Below the pieces are notes generated by a model. That model saw only the letters and a program-made list of their open reading frames with translations. It was not told the origin of the DNA and searched no databases. A stretch of 58,839 nt of DNA, the filler included, from Porpidia crustulata (taxonomy: Eukaryota), in assembly GCA_964255105.1 (NCBI GenBank). It is 9 parts of 9 records of this genome, joined end to end, with 100 filler letters (N's around TTAATTAATTAA, not from the genome) between each part and the next. Parts side by side here need not be neighbours in the genome. Positions count along the whole stretch, not along the records: positions 6,565 to 13,023 come from CAXUWE010001537.1; positions 13,124 to 19,580 come from CAXUWE010001538.1; positions 19,681 to 26,136 come from CAXUWE010001539.1; 6 more parts are not named here. One strand, written 5' to 3'. Both the position numbers and the translations under genes were made by a program. Below, piece after piece: positions 12,713-26,236 of the stretch; the first letter of the stretch is position 1; each line of letters starts with the position of its first letter.

Positions 12713-13023
12713 TCAAGCAATCAGAAACCCAAACCCCTTCATACAACTCCGATACTTCTCCACCATCCCCCCGCACTCCTGCTGCGGATCCGCCGCGTTC
12801 GAAAACAACATGCACTCATCCCGCGCGGCTTTCTCGTCCTTGCAAACGCAGCAGGGCTGTCGCAAAAAACAAAAAAAAGAAGTCAGCGAGTTTACGGAAG
12901 CGAAGAGCATGCGATAGCGGAAAGGCAAGTGGTAGGCATCTGCGAAGAAGTACACGAGTGGATCGGTAGAGGCGAGGGCAATACCTTGACGGCAGCAGAA
13001 GCGGTACCGGGCGGTTTCAGATC
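12713..13023 (-). CDS. COX17: Mitochondrial copper chaperone Cox17 (5'-truncated)
   Basis: Spliced ...AAVK|PCCVCKDEKAARDECMLF...ECGGMVEKYRSCMKGFGF: KPCCxC copper site plus twin CX9C. Confidence 0.95.
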
Positions 13024-13123
13024 NNNNNNNNNNNNNNNNNNNNNNNNNNNNNNNNNNNNNNNNNNNNTTAATTAATTAANNNNNNNNNNNNNNNNNNNNN
13101 NNNNNNNNNNNNNNNNNNNNNNN
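13024..13123. other. Artificial contig spacer
   Basis: N44-TTAATTAATTAA-N44. Confidence 0.99.
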
Positions 13124-15093
13124 CCCCCACTCCCTCCTCCACGGCATCCACCTCCGCCTTCTCCACCCCAGGCAACGACCTCTTCGTCGCCGCGATCCCC
13201 AACGAACTCACATACAGCAATTGCGGACTCTTCAAATTATCAATTCCCGCGAAAAACGCATGGAACGTGCGATCGCGCTCCTCCTCCCGCCAGATGCGGT
13301 CGTAAATCTCCCGTTGCTTGAACTCGTCCATCTCGGTCTCGTGCAGGGCGAAGTCGATGCTGGCGCGGCCGTATTCCTGTAGGCGCTTGTTGTACTCGTC
13401 GAAGACGGGGCGTTCGAGCAGGAGGCCGAGCCCGGGGGCTTTGGGGATGCTGAGTTTGGCGGGGCCGAAGGTGGCGTCCAGGCTGGCGGGATCGCGGCCG
13501 CAGCGGACGGTCAGGGCGGCCATGGAGACCATTTTGCGGATCTGGTGCATCATGAAGCTTTGGCCGTGGACTTTGAGGGATAGCCATTCGGTGCCGTTGA
13601 TGAGGATGGGGGGTTCGGCGGCGGAGAAGGTGCGGATGACGCGTTTTGCGCTGGCGTCGCGGAAGCTTTTGCCAATGGTGTAGTTGTGGTAGGAGTGGGT
13701 GCCAATGTAGTGGGTGAGGGTGGAGCGGATGCGTGAAAGGCGCGTGGGGTCGATCCGGTAGGCGTTCTTGGCTGTCGTGCAGGCTTTTCTGAGAGATTGA
13801 AGGGCTAGGTCGAGGGGAATGAGCTCTTCGGTTTTGGGGGGCTCTAAGGCGGTGTTCTTGGAGGTGGTGCCATTGGCAGTTTCAGACTCGCCAGCAAGAG
13901 CATTTAGTGACTCACTGTTGGCTTTCTCGACTGATTGGGAAGCAACTGGAGGGTCATCATCTTTAGCAGGGTTACCTTTACCGTTCGTTGACGTCTGGCC
14001 GGTTTCCTCTAAAACATCTATTCTTGACAGTTCTTGCGCGATAGATGCCTTGTCTGGATTATATAAAGCCTGCATAACCAAGGGACGAATAGATGAATCT
14101 AGCTCATCAACAATCGGTTTGATGTATTTCCTCTCGGTCTCGTCCCAAAACGTTGAGACTTCGCTCTGCCGCGCTTGGAAGTCGTCAGAATCTCCTGCTT
14201 CCTCAGCAAGCGCCACGATCTGCTTTCCAAGAAAGCTATCAGGATGAGGTGGTAGAAAGCAATGCGTCGGTATTAAATATTCGTAGATTCTCGAGTCACA
14301 AAATTGATAGGCACTAAAACTACCATTTGTCCTCACGATACCAAATACTCGGATTTGGGGTGAAAGATTGGCATTAATCTTCTGAACAATGTCTGGATCT
14401 TCTATGATGAGCTTGAGGGAGATGACATTACCAGCGGCATGTACACCCTTGTCTGTACGAGCACAGCGAATCAGGGAGGATTTCTTTGGGTCGTCGGCGT
14501 TGGCTTTGGAAATAGCGCCAGCGGCAACCATAGCTGCAAACAGGTCGCCCTCGATCGTTTTCTCGTTATGGTTTCTACGGGCCACTAAGGTCCACGATCT
14601 CACGCATAGATTGTCTGGCGACTGCTTACAGTTGCATTCCCTTGTATCCACTGCCAGAATATCCTATCAATGCTGCCACTTTCCTTTTGGGTTGCTTGAC
14701 CTCATTTTCGATTTCTTCCTTGGAGAATTGAGTGGCATAGCTAGGAAGCCCCTGTCCCTCAGCCCCAAGATGTTGCCGGTTGGTTGCTTCTTCATGTCGA
14801 GTCCTCTTGTCTACTGCATTGCGGCTTGATTAATTAGTCCAGAAGAGACCTGGACGCTTCATTGCGGCATACCTCCACTCTGCACGCCCCAAGTCTTTTC
14901 TCTTAGTGCGGCCACCTCTCTTGCCTTGTCCTCTTGAGTTTCCCCGACCAGATCCGTCCTGCCCTCTACTAGAAGGCCTGTCGCGGAAACCGGCCTCCTC
15001 CCGAGATCTTTTCCGTGAAGGCGAAGCCATTGGCCTTGGCTCTGAATCAGCACCAGTTTGTGGGGGTTTCCCCGGAGTAGGTATTTCATGCAT
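13124..15093 (-). CDS. PUS1: TruA-family tRNA pseudouridine synthase Pus1 (extreme 3' end missing; start approximate)
   Basis: KRKVAALIGYSGSGYKGMQ, catalytic ARTDKGVHA, YEYLIP, GQSFMMHQIRKM, IPKAPGLGLLL. Confidence 0.95.
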
Positions 15094-15548
15094 CTTACAG
15101 GATAAGATAACATGAAAAGTCCAGTGCAGCAGATTCAAGATCGCGGTCGTCGCCTGCAGGACATGTCGAGAGCGTTCGTCTCGGACCGGTAAGGCTGAGA
15201 TCGCCGGATAATCCTACGTTAATTTAGCGTTTTGTAAAATACCAAGATAGGCCTAGTCGTCCGCATTCTATCTAACCACTAACCCCACGCCTTGTCCACT
15301 ATCGATCCAGTTGGATTCTACGCCTTTTTATATCTCACTTCCGCTCTGGTCTACGGCAATAAATACATTCTTTGATGTTTACCAAAATCTGTCTTTCCCA
15401 TCTAATCAGCTCGATAGCTGCAGCCAGGTGGACGATGCCCTCCATTTCGGCCTCCAATCCTTAGGTGTTCTCTGCCACGGATCGCAGCTCTCCACAGTGT
15501 AATCTGCCTCGATCCTCGCTCTTGAACAGCCTGGGGCTGTTGTGAGCC

Positions 15549-17048
15549 ATGGATCTAGCCAGAACTCTCATTCGTAGCGTTGTGCGAGCCTTCTATGAAA
15601 CCAGACATGTGCTGGTGATAGATGCTCTGATGATACATTCAGCGTATGTGCAAAACACCCGTACAAGCCATAGTCTTAGGCTAAATTTCTTCTCTCAGCC
15701 TCCCAAATGAGGACCTTGCATTGCTTCTGGGAATGCAGCCAAAAGACCTCCGTAAGCTCTGTGGAAGATTGAGGGAGGATAGGCTTCTTGCAGTGTGGGC
15801 AACCTTGGGCCTGCTTTGCCTGTTGTAGGCTAACACATTATCAGTCACTCCCGCCAAGAAACCCGTGAAGGGCAGCAGCGACCCATTAACAAAGATTATT
15901 ACTACATTGACTTTCACGCTACCATCGATGCCATCAAATATCGCATTTTCAACCTCACACAGAAGGTCAAGGACATGTACACACCCAGCGAAGAGAAGAA
16001 AGACTATCACTGCCCACGGTGCAAGGCCCAATGGACCCTTCTGGAAGTACTCGACAGCTCTGGCCCCATGGGCTTTATCTGCCACCGCTGTTCTGGTATC
16101 CTTGAGGAAAAAGACCGCGGCGACGGAGAATCAACCGGCCATGAGAAACAGAGCATTCTTATGGGCCAACTCGAATTCCTCCTAAAACTCCTCCGGCAAA
16201 TCGATAGTCAGGATATTCCGTCCAACACCTTTGAAACAGCCTTCGCCGTTGCCATCCCCGTCAAGAGGAATGAAGATGTCAACCCCCTGCGTGCAACGGC
16301 CCCTTTGGACGCTGGCAGAAATCCTCCCACCGCTGTCAAAGGCCTTGCTCCGAACGCCCTCCAACCCCTCGAAATCTCCGTTACCACAACTTCCGAGCGC
16401 ACCGCCGCCGAAAATGATGCTGAAGTTCGGCGCAAAGCCGAAATTGCGGCGCAGAATGCCCTACCCGTGTGGCATACCGCGTCCACTGTTACGGGCGAGA
16501 GAACGACTAATATTGGAGGCAAGGCCGGCCGTGACACTATGGTCAATTGCGGTGGAGCCAGCTCGCTGAAAGCCGAGGAGGATGTGGAGGATAAGAAGAA
16601 GGTGCGGAGTACAATGGATGATGAGTTGACGGCCTATTACGCGCAGATGCAAAAGGAAAAGGAGAAAGAAGCCAGAGAAGATCGCGAAGCGGAGGAAGAT
16701 GACGAGGACGACGACGACGGCGAAGACGAATTCGAAGACGTAGGCATCAGTGTCGATGGCGCCGGAACCCCGCAGAGCTCCTTTTCAACCACCAACATCA
16801 ACGGCTTGAAATCAGCGTTGACAAACGGCGGCATCAAAAGGGAAATCGAAAGCGAGTCTGGGAGCAGCGCACCGGTCACAGGCCGTTCCACACCCGCGGC
16901 ATCGCAGCCGGTGGTTGAGGATGAGCAAGGACTGGCGGCGAAGAGGGTCAAGGTCGAGACGAACGGGGCTGCGGGAGGTGCAGCGGACATAGGGGACAAA
17001 TACTCGGACGAGGATGAGGACGACGCGGACTTTGAGGATGCATTGTAA
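15549..17048 (+). CDS. TFA1: TFIIE alpha (large) subunit
   Basis: Spliced N-terminus MDLARTLIRSVVRAFYETRHVLVIDAL; YYYIDFHATIDAIKYR; zinc ribbon CPRC...CHRC; QNALPVWH; acidic tail ending FEDAL. Two introns. Confidence 0.93.
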
Positions 17049-17956
17049 GGGGCAGGCGCACGGTGTAACGGTAATCACATGGAGGTGTTTTATGGTATAT
17101 CCCCCCACGGAGTTGGAGTTTAAAAAGGGTGCGCTCCGTGGATTCTCCCCAAGGGGAAAAGTGCGGGCTCTTGGCATTGATGCGGATGTTGATCATATAG
17201 GGATGATCTTAGGGTCCAGTGAGGATATGTTTTGGGCATTGTACCTAGTCGCCATCGTAACATTTCGAGAAATCAAGGATGAGACTGCGAATAGGGGGCT
17301 CGATCTGGGTTGTCCATGTGTGAGAGAATCAGAGGCATGTGAAACTCTTTAACCGCGCAGCATGGTGCGCGACGTCTTCTTCGACGAGCTGACAGGATCG
17401 ATATACCTATCTTCTCCATAACAACCACAACACACCCTTTCCCCCTCCCCTTCATTTCATCCCATCCCTCGCACTTCCCTTCCCACATATTCACCAGCCT
17501 GCTACCTACCACTTACCACCATTTACCCCTTGCCAATACGCCCTAGGTGTCGATATATGCTACGACAATGGGGAACGAGCAATAATCGCGTTAGGCCATG
17601 TTTGCAAAATTCCTGCCCCGCAAAGCAGAAGACCTGTCTCCACGTACCAGAACGATTTTGATAGTGTGGGATCGAGGTATATAGATTATATATTATATGT
17701 TTCCCTTATATGAGACTTTTGACTATTTAAACAGAAACGTGCTTTGTCCAAACCACCATGTCCGAATCCCGAATCCACCACTTCTATACCAAAATCGCAA
17801 AAGAACTCCGCGCTTTCGTGTCTACAGAGAGAATAACAGAGAAATGTGCTGACTGACTACAAAAAAATAATATATTGGATTGAAATAACTCAAGAATTCC
17901 AAGTCTTGTCCTTTTTCAAAGTCGTTGCGATACCGGCCTTTTATTTCTTCCCTCTT

Positions 17957-19272
17957 TTACAGAGCGCCTAAGAACCACAGCAATGCGCCGAGAACGATAC
18001 TTGCACTCGAACCTTGCGCTTCAACGCGGTTTCCAGCGGCCTTCTTCGTCGTCTTCGCCGTGTTGCTCGACCCCGCCGCACTGCTCGTGCTCGTTGGACT
18101 GCTCCCGATATCGCTGACGCCGAAGCTGCTCGTTCCCGTCGGGCTCTCGGTGCTGAAGGAGCTCACTGTACTCGGCAAGTCCTCGGTGTAGGGTACCACG
18201 TTTCCGGGCAGCTTGGTGCCTTGCAGCACGGCTGGCTGTGTGGGCAACACAGGTTGGGGGGTCGCTTTGGTGGCGTTATAATCGAGGATGTTATCGAGGA
18301 CATGGAGCACGCCATTGGAGAGGAGGATGTCCTGCTGGAGGACGCGGGCAGAGTTTATGAAAAGAGAGTTCGAAGCGAACGTGGCTGTGAGCTTGCCGCC
18401 TTGCCGTGTCTGCAGCTGGGTGCCGTTGGTAAGATTGGAGCTGTATCCGACAAAGTGGCTGCCATTGACGACATGGTAGTTCAACACGTTGGCGAGTTCG
18501 CTCGCGGACACGTTAGCGAGAGAGGAACCGAGAGCCTGGAAGGCATCGTTATTCGGGGCGAAAATGGTGAGGTCGTTGGCGGTGTTGAGGTAGTCGGCGA
18601 TGGAAGCGTTGGTGATGGCACCACCAAAGGCAGAGAGATTGAATTGGGGGGCGGTGCTGATAATATTGACGGGAGGCTGGAGGAAGGTATCGATTACATG
18701 GACGATACCGCCAGAGAAGGTCAGGTCCTGGAGGGAGCGGATTAGCCGGGTTACAGGATGCAGACACGATTTTCTGTAGGGATATCTGAGAGACTTACCG
18801 GAGTGGTCAGGGTTGATCGAGAACCCAAGCCGCTGGTGAAGACGTTGACATTGCCGGCTTGCTGGACGCCTCCAACGACTTGGCCACCGGTAACGTTGGT
18901 ATAGGTAGAGTTCTCGAGCCATGACGAATCGAAGACAAAGCTGCCATTGAAAGAGCCAGATGGGTGCAGGCCGGGGAGTACATGGTATTGCAAGACAGAT
19001 CTTATCACACCGCTATCGTTACTAGTAAAGGCCGGGCCAAGGGTTGAGTAGGGGATTTTTTGAAAGGCATCATTGGACGGGCAAAGAACAGTGATGCCTT
19101 GTTGGAAGGATAGATTTGCGTATATATCTCGATATGAAGTCAGAAGCGTGGTATATTCGGAGAGATTGCTGTTGCCATTCAGTAATGCCGTGAGGTCTTG
19201 TGATTTCTGTTGCGCAAAAGCAGTGGCGGCCAAAGACGCGACGAGGGTAGCGACTGTGAAGCGTATCATCAT
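17957..19272 (-). CDS. Secreted, probably GPI-anchored fasciclin with two FAS1 domains
   Basis: Signal peptide; FAS1 motifs ITVLCPSNDAF / LQYHV / GIVHVID and LTIFAPNNDAF / LNYHVV / NGVLHVLD; Ser/Thr-rich stalk and hydrophobic C-terminus. One intron at about 18729-18798. Confidence 0.92.
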
Positions 19273-19580
19273 GACTATATGTAAAGGAGAGGAAGAGAAG
19301 TCACACAGACTTCGTTAGATGGAACAATTGCGTACAATTAAAAAAAGTATACACAAAGATTGAAGAAAGCGAATAGGAATGGGGGGGACGACAGGGTGAG
19401 ATTGGGGAATTTCATACTATTATCGTGAAGACCCATTTGGGCGATGGGGATCGACAGCTAGATGGGATCGGCACCAGGGCTACCATATACTACGGTATCC
19501 GGGCGAAATGTTGTTAGTACACTATACTAAGCTCCCTGCTAGCGCCTAATGGTGAGTGCCAGAATATTCGACCTTCCTTC

Positions 19581-19680
19581 NNNNNNNNNNNNNNNNNNNN
19601 NNNNNNNNNNNNNNNNNNNNNNNNTTAATTAATTAANNNNNNNNNNNNNNNNNNNNNNNNNNNNNNNNNNNNNNNNNNNN
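19581..19680. other. Artificial contig spacer
   Basis: N44-TTAATTAATTAA-N44. Confidence 0.99.
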
Positions 19681-20633
19681 TCGCCCCTCATATCTCCGTC
19701 AATGAAGAATTTTCATCGAGGACATTTCATCAAGAGCATTGAGTATTAGAGAAGAAGCACCTCCTCGTCTTTAAGCTTTCTCGGGAACTGCAACACGAAA
19801 CCTTATGAACAAATTCCTCGTTCTGACATAGGTTTCAGTAGGACAGATGGCACTTTTTCGAAACTTACGCGTCGGATCATTATCCGCCCTCTCCATACTT
19901 CTAATCCCCTCCACTATCGAAAGGCTGTCACTTCCTTCGATCCTCTCGTCATAAAGCTTGAGTCAAGGCTACATAGCTATCGAAATTTCTTTGGCTCTAG
20001 ACTCTACTAAGCGGTACTCGCTATTTACAATCGCGTTGACGTGTTTCGGTCGAGATGATGGAAGAGTGATGAGGCGCTGGGGCAGCCCAACGCGAACATT
20101 TTGAGATTAATTGATCGCGGTGCGAGTGAGCGAAGCTAGCGACGACAAGATGAACTTCAACGGAAGCTGCTCTTCTAGTAACTTTGGGAGTGGTGTCCAG
20201 AAAGATCCTTTCGTCTGATGATGGATGTATGAAGGTGAAGTGAGCTGGGTTGTGTATGCTGAAAAGGGAGTATCCCAAATGGCCACGGTATCGAAAGGGA
20301 GTTTTGAAATATCATAGGCTCCTGCAACTTTGTCTTGATGTGTTGAGGCATGATGATGAAATCTGATCGGAAGTCAAATATTATACAACACCAAGACCTT
20401 GTAATCATGGTCGCCTATTTTACAAAATTCTGACCTCCTCAATTCTATTACTTACCATCCTTCACTTAGAATTCAATTAGCGTAACCTCCTCAATACATC
20501 TCGAGTCAGCTGCAGGTGCGAACGCCTTGAGACACAGTATCAGTCAGTCTCTCGTCGGAATCCTCTGAGCATCAGCTTCAGCTTTTCCTCAACATCTGGG
20601 CTTTCGTCCCGTTCTCAGGCTCGTGGTTCTAAA

Positions 20634-21755
20634 ATGCCAAGGAAGATAGCAGTAGGGAAAGCGCGGAGTGCCCGTGTAGCGAACATGTAATTCATCTTCA
20701 ATTGAACCGAATAAGAAGCATGGGCTGACCTTCGTAGTATCAAGCGTAACCATGCGGAATCCCCGCTCATCAAGCTCCCTCCAGAAATTCTAGAAAGAAT
20801 ATGCAGATTTGTATTGGGGGACCGAATCATACACATCCAACACTTCAAAGGACATGATCTTTGGGTTCTCCAGCTTTTGGAACGCCATAATCATTTGCTG
20901 GGCCGTAAAGGAGTCTTCCGCCACTCGATATGTAAGGCAGCTGTTGGAGAAATGGAAGCTTTCAAGAGATACCAAGCGGGTCAAGAAGTGGTGCCGAGCG
21001 ACGACATCGTAGATTATTATATTGAAACATGCGCCTCTCGCCACGAATCTTGCAAAACTTGGCGGTCCAGCAGTGGGGGTCGTAATGAATACTGGACCGC
21101 GGCTGAGAGCGCCAAAGAGGCAGAACCCATGGACTTATCACTGCTCAGAATCTGTCGCACGGTCTATGAGGTGGCGAATGTGATCCTGTGGACCACAAAC
21201 ACATTTTCCTTCTCGGATGGAGAGTCCTTTGGTGAATTTGTGGCGAAGCTGAATCCACCCCAGAAGCAAAAGCTTGCACGCTTGCACCTGGGCACAACCT
21301 GGGCGGATGGATCCCGCAGTGCTAAACGCCCTTATACTATTTGCGGTCGACACCTGAAAGTCGCACACATCCAAACGCTTCGAGGCCTGAAGACACTCAA
21401 TCTGTGCTTCAACATCATCACCCGAATCAAGTTATCGACACTTCATGGGGTCGACCCCCTCGCTCTTAAAGTACGCGCCAAGTGGTATGAGCCTGTGATG
21501 CGCTTTCGATGTCTCGATCTTCGCAACGTCACCGTCGTCGTCACTGATGATGTAAGGCGCATTCGCCGACATTTAGTCCCTAATTCACTATTCGACGAGC
21601 AGTCTGAACGACTTACTGCAGACAGGAAACGTGCCATTGCTCAGCATATCATGTCTCGACTAACAAACCCACAGGGCGCTGCCGAATTTGCAGCAGAGGA
21701 GGCGGTGAGCCACGCTGCAAACAAAGCCAAGCGCGATATGTGGTTCCTACCATGA
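20634..21755 (+). CDS. DUF7730-type (F-box-like N-terminus) fungal protein
   Basis: After a short intron: SPLIKLPPEILERICRFVLG, then LSLLRICRTVYEVANVILWTTNTFSF, the usual signature of this expanded ascomycete family. Start uncertain. Confidence 0.75.
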
Positions 21756-22277
21756 GAGGCTCGTCGCCGCCAAGAAGCTATCGAGGCTATTGCCACCAGG
21801 ACCGTTGAAGACCTTGTCGACGAAGCCGTGCAAGCCGCAATTGACCGAGAGGCATTTGCGGCGCGAGACACATAGGCGGCGATCGATCATTTTGCGGTGT
21901 GGCCAGTCATATTGCCATGGTCATGCGTTACACCCATTTTCTCTTTCTGTGTGGCTTTTGCTTGCGGTAGCTTTTCTTTAAGACATCTACTTCAATACTA
22001 TTGCAAATAGTCCCTAAACTTTCAGTATACGTTCGCCTCACGTATGCTTTGTTGACTGGTTGAAGGGCACAGGGCGAAGGGGCTCAAGATTACAGTACAA
22101 CTAGGGCTGCTGTTACCAGGTCACAGCAGTGAGTTATCCGTCGTCTGAACGGGTGAGTTGAGCATGCACAAGCCAACAGCTGCCTTTCTATGCGTTTAGC
22201 TTAGTTAGAAATCCACACGATGTCACATAGACATCTAGAAATTAAATGACTTTCTCTGGGTGCCCTGCTATCTCAGC

Positions 22278-24475
22278 CTATGGCCCAATGATGTCTTTTC
22301 TGGGAGCTCGGTTCCCAACCTCCAGGAACAGTATGAACTCATCATGCTCCTCGCCTGGATTCCCCTCAAGATTGGGACACATGAACCCCTCTTGTCTTAT
22401 TATTTTCAAGCACCAGAGGAGGCGTACCACCGTCACTTCTGCACTGTTATATATCGAGGTTTGGCTTTTGCTGGTAGCTGCATTGGCTACTCGTAGATAT
22501 GATTCAGCGAGGAGTACATCCTCGCTATCGTAATCAGCAGTGCCGTTTTTCTTGTGAAGGTTCTCGGGATCTGAGCCACTGCCCTCAGAGTTCTTGTACG
22601 AATTGAGCCTTGAGTTCCTGCTGATCTTCACTAGGCCTCCTGTTTCTGGTGAATCTCCATATATTTGGTGTATCCAACAAAGCCACTGGGAAATTCTTGA
22701 ATCAAAATCGATGCCTGAACGTGATTTACATCCTTTGAGGCCACAAGGATCCCATAGCCAAAGACCACACATCCACAGAGTAAATGCACATTCAACCCAC
22801 TGCTTCTCTCTGATCTTTGCAGCTTTCCGAGTTCCCAAGCCTGCATTGAGACAAGCCCGAAAATGGGTCAAGAAATCCTTCGGCGATTCCAATAAGATAT
22901 GCTCTAGCCGAACTATCTGCACAAGCCTTGGCTTATCAGTATGCAGCCCAACTGACAGTCGCAAATCTCCAAGCAACGTGTTGGTAACCGAAGTAAGTAT
23001 ACGGAGCTGGGACCGACGATAACGTGCTGCATGAAATTGCTTGTCGTTCTTCGGCCACTGTGGTAGACTCTTATTATGAGATATAATCGCTCCTATTTGT
23101 CTCTGGAACTTCATTACAACGGCACATAATACGTTGAGCGAGTTGCGGGTAGGTATGACTTCTAGAAAATCGACCTCGGCTTGCAAGGACATATCAAGCT
23201 CTAGTAGCTCGCGCTCATTTGATACAGCTCCAGACAATTCCTCCAGGAAGGAGGGTGAGAATTCGTACGCAGACTGGCTATCACCGAATCTTTCATCCTC
23301 TTGACTTTCTTTCAATCGAACCCACTGAATTCCTTCGTCAAAGTGTTGCTCTGTGGAGTCCGGTATCTTGGAAATCGCTGCGTCCCAATAAGTGTCTAAT
23401 ACTTCACTACCTGTAGTGGAGCTATTCTTACTGGCTCCATTGCGAGAGGAGAATACAGAGGAGAATACATAGGAAACCGCTAGATTACAGCGATCGGCTG
23501 AGTTTCGAAAAAGGCTGAAGCCATAGCCCATAATTACTTACCTGCATCAGTAATTGTTCACACTTGTCGTTACAATTGCGAGGAAACTTACGCTGCTCGT
23601 TCGCCTTTGGACCGTAGTTATTCCAGATCTGCTGTCCACTTTCGTATGAATCGTCTATGGCCAGACCACAGTCCTCGGGATTGTACAGCCACGTCACATT
23701 AGCAGTCGGACTGTGATTGCCAATGTCGACACCAGGGATGAGGACCGGAGAATCATGGTCAATCTCTCGAGAGGCTCCAATAGTCAAGACGTCTATGCGC
23801 TCTGCGACAAACTTATTGTTTGCAAGAGCTGCACCTGGGAAACATCTCGCGTCCATGATTGCGGCAGCCCATCTGTAAAGATTCCTTGACCGATCAGAAC
23901 TACTAGGTAAGAAATTCCGCTGACATGACTCACCATGACCATGCCTTTTTGAGTACACCTGTAGGATCAGACAGAGTCCCGAGGGCTTCATCGTACTCCC
24001 TCCGCCTATCTCGCTCCACCCGAGCCATTGCATCCTCCATGTTTGTGCCACGTAGCCACGTCATGTCTTCATCATCGTACCATAGCAAGGAATTCACCTC
24101 GCCTTTTACGACTGGCTGAGGAATAGACCGAAGATATTGCCACCAGTAAGATTGCTCACCTAGCAAATACTGCTGAACAATGAAGAAGCGAACAACCACG
24201 GTCTTGGTAATAAGCGTAGAACCATTTTGTACTGGACATAAGCTGAATTGCTTAATAAACGGAGTCTGCCCGAGGGTCACATTGAGCCAGGAGATCGTGA
24301 GGCTGTGTGGACATGAAGCAATCGTGGTCCCCGGCAAAAGGCTGCAACCAGTTTTCAGACGAAAACAGTTCCCAGAGGCATCTGAGGCTATTTCCACGTC
24401 TGGATGTATCGTTCCTCCATGGTCAGTAAACCAGGGCCTGAACTCGGTTTCCATGACGGATCCGTTACTGCTCAT
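22278..24475 (-). CDS. SET-domain protein lysine methyltransferase (SETD6/Efm1/Rkm class)
   Basis: WFTDHGG.IHP, S.WWQYLRSIP, PVLIPGVDIGNHSP, GQQIWNNYGPKANEQ|..MGYGF. Three exons built from ORFs 23930..24475, 23485..24051 and 22278..23531. Confidence 0.85.
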
Positions 24476-25238
24476 GTTTGCTAATGAACCGATCGGAGTT
24501 TTTAGCCGACAGCTACAACAGGAGTAACGATGCAGAATGTCAAACCGTATTGCTATGCGCTAAAGTTGACCAGCGATTGAATTACCTCAAGCTCAGGGCG
24601 GGTGAATATGTCGTCAACCGATCCTCAGTCCATCTTCAAATTCACAAATCCATGTGTAAGAGAGCGAGTCGTTCTCACAACTGACATAAGGAAAGTTGCC
24701 TCTAGGATAATATGCCCTTGTTCGAAGCGATGCAAACTGAAATACTCTTACACAGAAAATAGAAGAGATATGAATTGTAAATCAAACCTCCATGGTGTAT
24801 GTACACGAGATGACTCGATATTTACAATTTACCCTATCTAGCATTGCCGTCCAGACTTGTATCTACCTCTTCTCCCTTAGAAATTTGATCAATACTCTAG
24901 GATTTTCTCTGATGGCCGAGATAGCCGTGATCGAATGATTGAAGGTAGCAATCTGGGATGAGCGTTTTACGGCTTTTGCGAGCCATGATGTCTTGACTGA
25001 TAACTACCAGGCCCTTTCGTCCGAGAGAAACGAATGTTATTCACAAAGCCTCAAAGCAGTTTGCGAGCAATTTAGAATGCACAACAATCGCTGCCGCCAC
25101 AAGCGCGTTGAGCCAATTTGTCCATTTTAGGTTAGACATCAAAATCCTTATCGAGCAGCAATAGAGGAGCGCGAAAGCGTCGAGTAGAGGGATCCCACCT
25201 GGAGTCTTCGGATCATATAGGCTTTGTATATTCAAACG

Positions 25239-26136
25239 ATGTTGAGTATTCCATTGGTCGCTGGCTTAGGCCTGCTGGCAGTCTTCCTGTACAAATATGT
25301 CCTCTACCCAGTTTTTCTTTCACCTCTATCAAAGATTCCCAACGCGCATTTCACATCTTCCCTATCTTCTCTATGGATCTTAAACAAAAGACGCACTGGT
25401 GCAGAAAACAGAGCAATCCACGCGGCCCATCAGAAATATGGTCCTATCGTCCAATTGGCACCGGACCAGATCAGCGTCAATTGCGTGGACGGAGGCATCA
25501 AGACTGTATATAGTGGGGGCTTCGAAAAGTCCAATTGGTATCATAACATGTTCGACAACTACGGGTAGGTATATCAGCATTAAGATTACTTGAAGATCTG
25601 TCTGAGAAGTAGTCAGCGTGCCATGTCTCTTCTCCATGGGCGACAACAAACCGCATTCGATCCAAAAGCGCATGATATCCAACGTCTACTCCAAATCCTA
25701 CCTCCAATCATCACCAGACATGCACAAAATCTCTCAGGTCATGATCCACGATCGTCTGCTCCCAATCATCGAAGCGGCTGCCGCGAACAAGACGCCAACC
25801 GATGTCCTCGAGCTCAGTTTCGCCGCAGCGGGGGATTTCATCAACGCCTACCTCTTCGGTCTACCGAACGGCACCAACTGGCTCCAGGACATCAAAGCTC
25901 GAAAGTACTGGCTACAGAAGCATCAGAGCCGGCAGCCGCACAGATTCTGGCCCCAGGAACTGCCCGGATTTTCGAGCTTTCTCGACAAATTCGGCATCCA
26001 CATCGTCCCCAAGTGGGTCGACACCGCAAACCGGGAAATTGAAAGCTACAATCTCGAAATGTGCAACGCGGCCGAGAAGGATGTCCAGTCAAGCGCATAC
26101 GCAAACCCCTCATCCACCCCCCCCGTCGTCTACAAG
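25239..26136 (+). CDS. Cytochrome P450, N-terminal half (3'-truncated)
   Basis: N-terminal TM anchor, SPLSKIPNAH Pro-rich hinge, HQKYGPIVQLAPDQISVN, HSIQKRMISNVYSK. Intron 25565-25616. The heme motif lies beyond the contig end. Confidence 0.88.
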
Positions 26137-26236
26137 NNNNNNNNNNNNNNNNNNNNNNNNNNNNNNNNNNNNNNNNNNNNTTAATTAATTAANNNNNNNN
26201 NNNNNNNNNNNNNNNNNNNNNNNNNNNNNNNNNNNN
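26137..26236. other. Artificial contig spacer
   Basis: N44-TTAATTAATTAA-N44. Confidence 0.99.

Noticed and set aside
17480..17680. Possible snoRNA after a pyrimidine-rich tract between TFA1 and the fasciclin gene
   Set aside because: Short stems exist but no convincing H/ACA or C/D boxes were found.
18014..18745. 243-aa plus-strand ORF
   Set aside because: Antisense shadow of the GC-rich fasciclin exon; no independent protein features.
25239..26136. Second P450 as part of the type III PKS cluster
   Set aside because: It lies on a different contig, so the proximity is artificial.
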